Positions 60,593 through 64,000 of a DNA stretch of 64,000 nucleotides are shown in pieces. Each line of letters starts with the position of its first letter. The first letter of the stretch is position 1. Both the position numbers and the translations under genes were made by a program. The stretch is from an uncultured Clostridia bacterium (lineage in GTDB: Bacteria; Bacillota; Clostridia; Oscillospirales; Ruminococcaceae), in assembly GCA_947589355.1 (NCBI GenBank), contig CANPZC010000011.1:7129-71128 (forward strand). The letters are read 5' to 3'. A model generated the notes under the pieces. It had not been told where the DNA came from. It saw only the letters and a program-made list of their open reading frames with translations, and did not search any database.

Positions 60593-62317
60593 ATGGATTC
60601 TATGGAACTTTACGAACTGTGGTGCAAAAAAGCGGTGGACGACCCCGACCTGAGAAAAGAACTTTTGTCAGTAAACGGCGACAAAGATGCTATTGAGGAC
60701 AGGTTTTACCGCGATCTTGAATTCGGCACGGGCGGTCTGAGAGGCGTTATAGGCGCAGGCTCATACAGGCTGAACGTTTATACCATTCGCCGCGCAACTC
60801 AGGGTCTTGCAGACTATATAAAAGGCTCTTTTGAAAAGGGCAGCGCAGCTATTGCATACGACAGCCGCATAAAGTCTGACGTTTTTGCAAAAGAAGCAGC
60901 GAGCGTTCTTGCCGCAAACGGCATAAAAGTTTATATTTATAAAGAGCTTATGCCTACGCCTATGCTTTCATGGGCTGTAAGGTATTTCAAGTGCAGCGCG
61001 GGCATAGTTGTAACGGCTTCGCACAACCCTGCCAAATACAACGGCTACAAGGTATACGGCGAAGACGGCTGCCAGATAACCCTCGATGTTGCCAACACCG
61101 TTATAGGAAAGATAAACGATGTTCCCATGTTCGGCGAATACAGCGCAAAGAAGATGCCGTTTGAAGACGGCGTAAAAAGCGGCATGATAGAATACATAGG
61201 TCAGGAAGTTATAGATGCGTATCTTGAAGAAGTTTCAAAGCACGGCGTTCATACCGAGCTGGTCGCCGACAGCGGTCTGAAAGTAGTTTATACGCCGCTC
61301 AACGGCACGGGCAACAAGCCTGTAAGAGCCATACTTAAAAAGATAGGCATCTCGGAAGTTACAGTTGTTCCCGAACAGGAAAATCCCGACGGCAACTTCC
61401 CTACCTGCCCGTTCCCGAACCCCGAGATAAAAGAGGCTCTCGCAAAGGGCTTAGAGCTTTGCAAGACCGTAAAGCCCGACCTTTTGCTTGCCACAGACCC
61501 CGACTGCGACAGGGTGGGCATTGCAGTTCCCGACAAAAACGGCGACTATGTTCTGTTTACGGGCAACGAGGTCGGCGCGCTTTTGCTTGAATACATATGC
61601 GCCGAGCGCACCGCCAACGGCACTATGCCAAAAGACCCGATAGCGGTAAAGACTATAGTTACCACCGATATTGTAAGAAAGATATGCGAAGAATACGGCG
61701 TGAAGATGATAGAAGTTCTCACGGGCTTCAAGTTCATCGGCGAACAGATAGGTCTGCTTGAAAAGAAAGGCGAAGAAAACAGATACATCTTCGGCTTTGA
61801 GGAAAGCTACGGCTACCTTGCAGGCTCATATGTAAGAGATAAAGACGCCGTTGTAGCTTCAATGCTTATTTGCGAAATGGCTGCATTTTACCGCACAAAG
61901 GGCATTTCTCTGCTCGATGCGAGAGAAGCGCTTTACAAAAAGTACGGCAACTATGTTCACACGCAGAAGTCATTCCAGTGCGAGGGTGCAAGCGGCATGG
62001 AGCGCATGAAAGAGATAATGACAGACCTGCGCACTGACCCTCCCAAAGAGATAGGCGGACTGAAAGTCACTGCCACTGCCGACTACATAGCCAGCGAAAA
62101 GATCGACATTGCCACCGGCGAGAAAACGGCTATCACGCTGCCTAAGTCTGATGTGCTTTCGTTCTTCCTTGAGGGCGGCGCATCTGTAATAATCAGACCT
62201 TCGGGAACAGAGCCCAAGATAAAGGCATATTACACCACTATAGGCGACACGCGCGAGGCTGCCGCGGCTCTGGAAGAAAAGCTTTCGGAAGACTTCAAGC
62301 GCATACTGGGATTCTGA
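60593..62317 (+). CDS. phosphoglucomutase/phosphomannomutase family phospho-sugar mutase
   Basis: It has the active-site motif TASHNPAKYNGYKVY and metal site ATDPDCDR. The start is MDSMELYELW, with GGGAGG upstream. Confidence 0.9.
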   Translation: MDSMELYELWCKKAVDDPDLRKELLSVNGDKDAIEDRFYRDLEFGTGGLRGVIGAGSYRLNVYTIRRATQGLADYIKGSFEKGSAAIAYDSRIKSDVFAKEAASVLAANGIKVYIYKELMPTPMLSWAVRYFKCSAGIVVTASHNPAKYNGYKVYGEDGCQITLDVANTVIGKINDVPMFGEYSAKKMPFEDGVKSGMIEYIGQEVIDAYLEEVSKHGVHTELVADSGLKVVYTPLNGTGNKPVRAILKKIGISEVTVVPEQENPDGNFPTCPFPNPEIKEALAKGLELCKTVKPDLLLATDPDCDRVGIAVPDKNGDYVLFTGNEVGALLLEYICAERTANGTMPKDPIAVKTIVTTDIVRKICEEYGVKMIEVLTGFKFIGEQIGLLEKKGEENRYIFGFEESYGYLAGSYVRDKDAVVASMLICEMAAFYRTKGISLLDAREALYKKYGNYVHTQKSFQCEGASGMERMKEIMTDLRTDPPKEIGGLKVTATADYIASEKIDIATGEKTAITLPKSDVLSFFLEGGASVIIRPSGTEPKIKAYYTTIGDTREAAAALEEKLSEDFKRILGF

Positions 62318-62324
62318 TAACATC

Positions 62325-62630
62325 ATGGAAACAGAGAGAAGCATTTTCGGTATACCGCCCTTTCACTATTTTGAGGAGGGCAACAAGTTCTCCGGCTCGA
62401 AAGACAAGATATTTCGCTACAAGGCAGTGCCGGGCGAAAAGCTTGTCTGCACCGTGTGGCACAAGGATATCGCGATAGACTGTCTTGACGAAGCCGACAT
62501 AGTGGCTGCTAAAGAATTTTCTCTTGACGAGCAGGGGCGCGAAGACATGATAGAGTGGCTTAAAGGGCAGTATGACGATTTTGCCGCAAAACATTCGCAA
62601 ACACTTCACGCGGCGCATTCAGACATATAA
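62325..62630 (+). CDS. hypothetical protein, 101 aa
   Basis: The ORF begins 8 nt after the mutase stop and is followed by a strong terminator. No motif was recognised. Confidence 0.55.
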   Translation: METERSIFGIPPFHYFEEGNKFSGSKDKIFRYKAVPGEKLVCTVWHKDIAIDCLDEADIVAAKEFSLDEQGREDMIEWLKGQYDDFAAKHSQTLHAAHSDI

Positions 62631-62654
62631 AATGCTGAAGTACAAAAACCAAAC

Positions 62655-62685
62655 AAATGCGGAGACTTATTCTCCGCATTTTTTG
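62655..62685 (+). terminator. Rho-independent terminator
   Basis: Stem aaatgcggaga/tctccgcattt followed by TTTT. Confidence 0.75.
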
Positions 62686-62699
62686 AAAGGACGACCGAC

Positions 62700-63947
62700 A
62701 TGGCAGGATATTCATTAAAAGAAATATACGGCGAGGCTGCTCAGGCACAGGCAAAGCGCTTTGCAAAGGCTATAGAGGGCTACTGCGATTTTTTCGGCGA
62801 GAAAGGCGGCGATTTTCGTTTCTTTTCCGCGCCCGGCAGAAGCGAAGTAGGCGGCAACCATACCGACCACAATAACGGCTTGGTGCTTGCGGCAGGGGTA
62901 TCTCTTGACGTTATAGCCGTGGTAAAGCAGACGGACGACGGCATTATTACCGTAAAGTCGGAGGGTTATGATGCCGACAGCGTTACACTTACACAGCTTG
63001 ATGTAAACAAAGACGAATACAACACATCTGCGGCTCTTATACGCGGCGTGGCGGCAGGCTTTTTGAAAAACGGCTTGAAAGTCGGCGGCTTTAGGGCATA
63101 CACCACTTCAAACGTCCTGAAAGGCTCGGGGCTTTCATCGTCGGCGGCTTTTGAGGTGCTTATAGGCACGATACTCAGCGGTCTTTACAACGCAGGCTCT
63201 GTCTCGCCCGTGAAGATAGCCCAGATAGCGCAGTTTGCAGAGAACGAGTATTTCGGCAAGCCGTCGGGGCTTATGGATCAAATGGCATCATCGGTGGGCG
63301 GATTTATCACCATTGATTTCAAAGATACCGCCGCGCCCGTTATAAACGAGATACAGTTTGACCTTGCAAAAAGCGGTTATTCGCTTTGCATAGTTGATAC
63401 AAAGGGCAGCCATGCCGACCTTACCCCCGAATACGCCGCCATTCCGAAAGAGATGAAAAGCGTTGCGGAGTTTTTCGGCAAGAGAGTGCTGCGAGAGATA
63501 ACCAAAGAACAGCTTATAGAAAACCTTTCAAAAGTTCGCGCTGCCTGCGGCGACAGAGCCCTGCTTCGCGCTTTTCACTACTTTGACGAAAACGAAAGAG
63601 TACCGCGGCTTGCAAAGGCTTTAAGCGAGGGCGACCTGAACGAATTTTTCAGACTTATAAAGCAGTCGGGCGCAAGCTCATACAAGTATCTGCAAAATAT
63701 TTACGCTTCATCTCAGCCCTCTCAGCAAGGGCTTTCGGTGGCTTTGTATCTTGCCGAAAACATTCTTGGTGATGACGGCGCATACAGAGTTCACGGCGGC
63801 GGCTTTGCAGGCACTATACAAGCATTCGTTCCCAACAACAAACTTGACAGCTTTACAGCGGCTATGGAAAATGCTTTCGGCAAGGGCAGCTGCTATGTTC
63901 TGTCAGTAAGACCTATAGGCGGTGCGGAAATTGAAAGAGACACTTAA
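62700..63947 (+). CDS. galK: galactokinase (GHMP kinase family)
   Basis: It has the galactokinase signature context APGRSEVGGNHTDHNNG and the GHMP motif GSGLSSSAA. Length is 415 aa. Confidence 0.85.
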   Translation: MAGYSLKEIYGEAAQAQAKRFAKAIEGYCDFFGEKGGDFRFFSAPGRSEVGGNHTDHNNGLVLAAGVSLDVIAVVKQTDDGIITVKSEGYDADSVTLTQLDVNKDEYNTSAALIRGVAAGFLKNGLKVGGFRAYTTSNVLKGSGLSSSAAFEVLIGTILSGLYNAGSVSPVKIAQIAQFAENEYFGKPSGLMDQMASSVGGFITIDFKDTAAPVINEIQFDLAKSGYSLCIVDTKGSHADLTPEYAAIPKEMKSVAEFFGKRVLREITKEQLIENLSKVRAACGDRALLRAFHYFDENERVPRLAKALSEGDLNEFFRLIKQSGASSYKYLQNIYASSQPSQQGLSVALYLAENILGDDGAYRVHGGGFAGTIQAFVPNNKLDSFTAAMENAFGKGSCYVLSVRPIGGAEIERDT

Positions 63948-64000
63948 TAGTTTTTTTAAGAAGACCGCCGCTGAGATAAAAAAGCAGTACGGCACAAAAA

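Overview
Chromosomal segment of a moderate-GC Firmicute. The proteins look Clostridia / Oscillospiraceae-Ruminococcaceae-like, which is inference only. About 55 genes are present, most on the minus strand.

Layout from left to right:
1. 1-6.9 kb: a visibly AT-richer accessory island. It carries a tightly coupled six-gene restriction-modification-like defence operon: two SPPY DNA methyltransferases, a 174-aa unknown, a PLD-nuclease/SF2-helicase fusion, a 74-aa unknown, and a DndD/SMC-like ATPase cut by the window edge. It also holds the 3' remnant of a large serine recombinase gene and an orphan 268-aa gene. The island abuts the 3' end of rumA/rlmD.
2. Core block rlmD, HemN/HemZ-like, MBL hydrolase, relA and recJ, divergent from argS.
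3. A 1-kb non-coding gap holding an element flanked by inverted repeats, with a perfect 215-bp tandem duplication inside.
4. Aminotransferase, transglutaminase-DUF58-MoxR, typA, tRNA-Tyr and tRNA-Thr, yhaM, a secreted unknown, cstA, tRNA-Pro, and SPFH/NfeD.
5. An arginine biosynthesis super-operon argG-argH-argC-argJ-argB-argD-argF, interleaved with five unrelated genes.
6. A 307-bp nested palindromic element.
7. tuf-fusA-rpsG-rpsL, then rpoC-rpoB. RpoC carries lineage-specific insertions, including a 10-Cys module, and RpoB has a polyacidic tail.
8. comM/yifB, an alpha/beta hydrolase, a phosphosugar mutase and galK.

No rRNA, CRISPR array or intact transposase/integrase was seen. Coordinates of small motifs were counted by hand and may be off by 1-2 nt. 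No database search was possible; family calls rest on recognised motifs.
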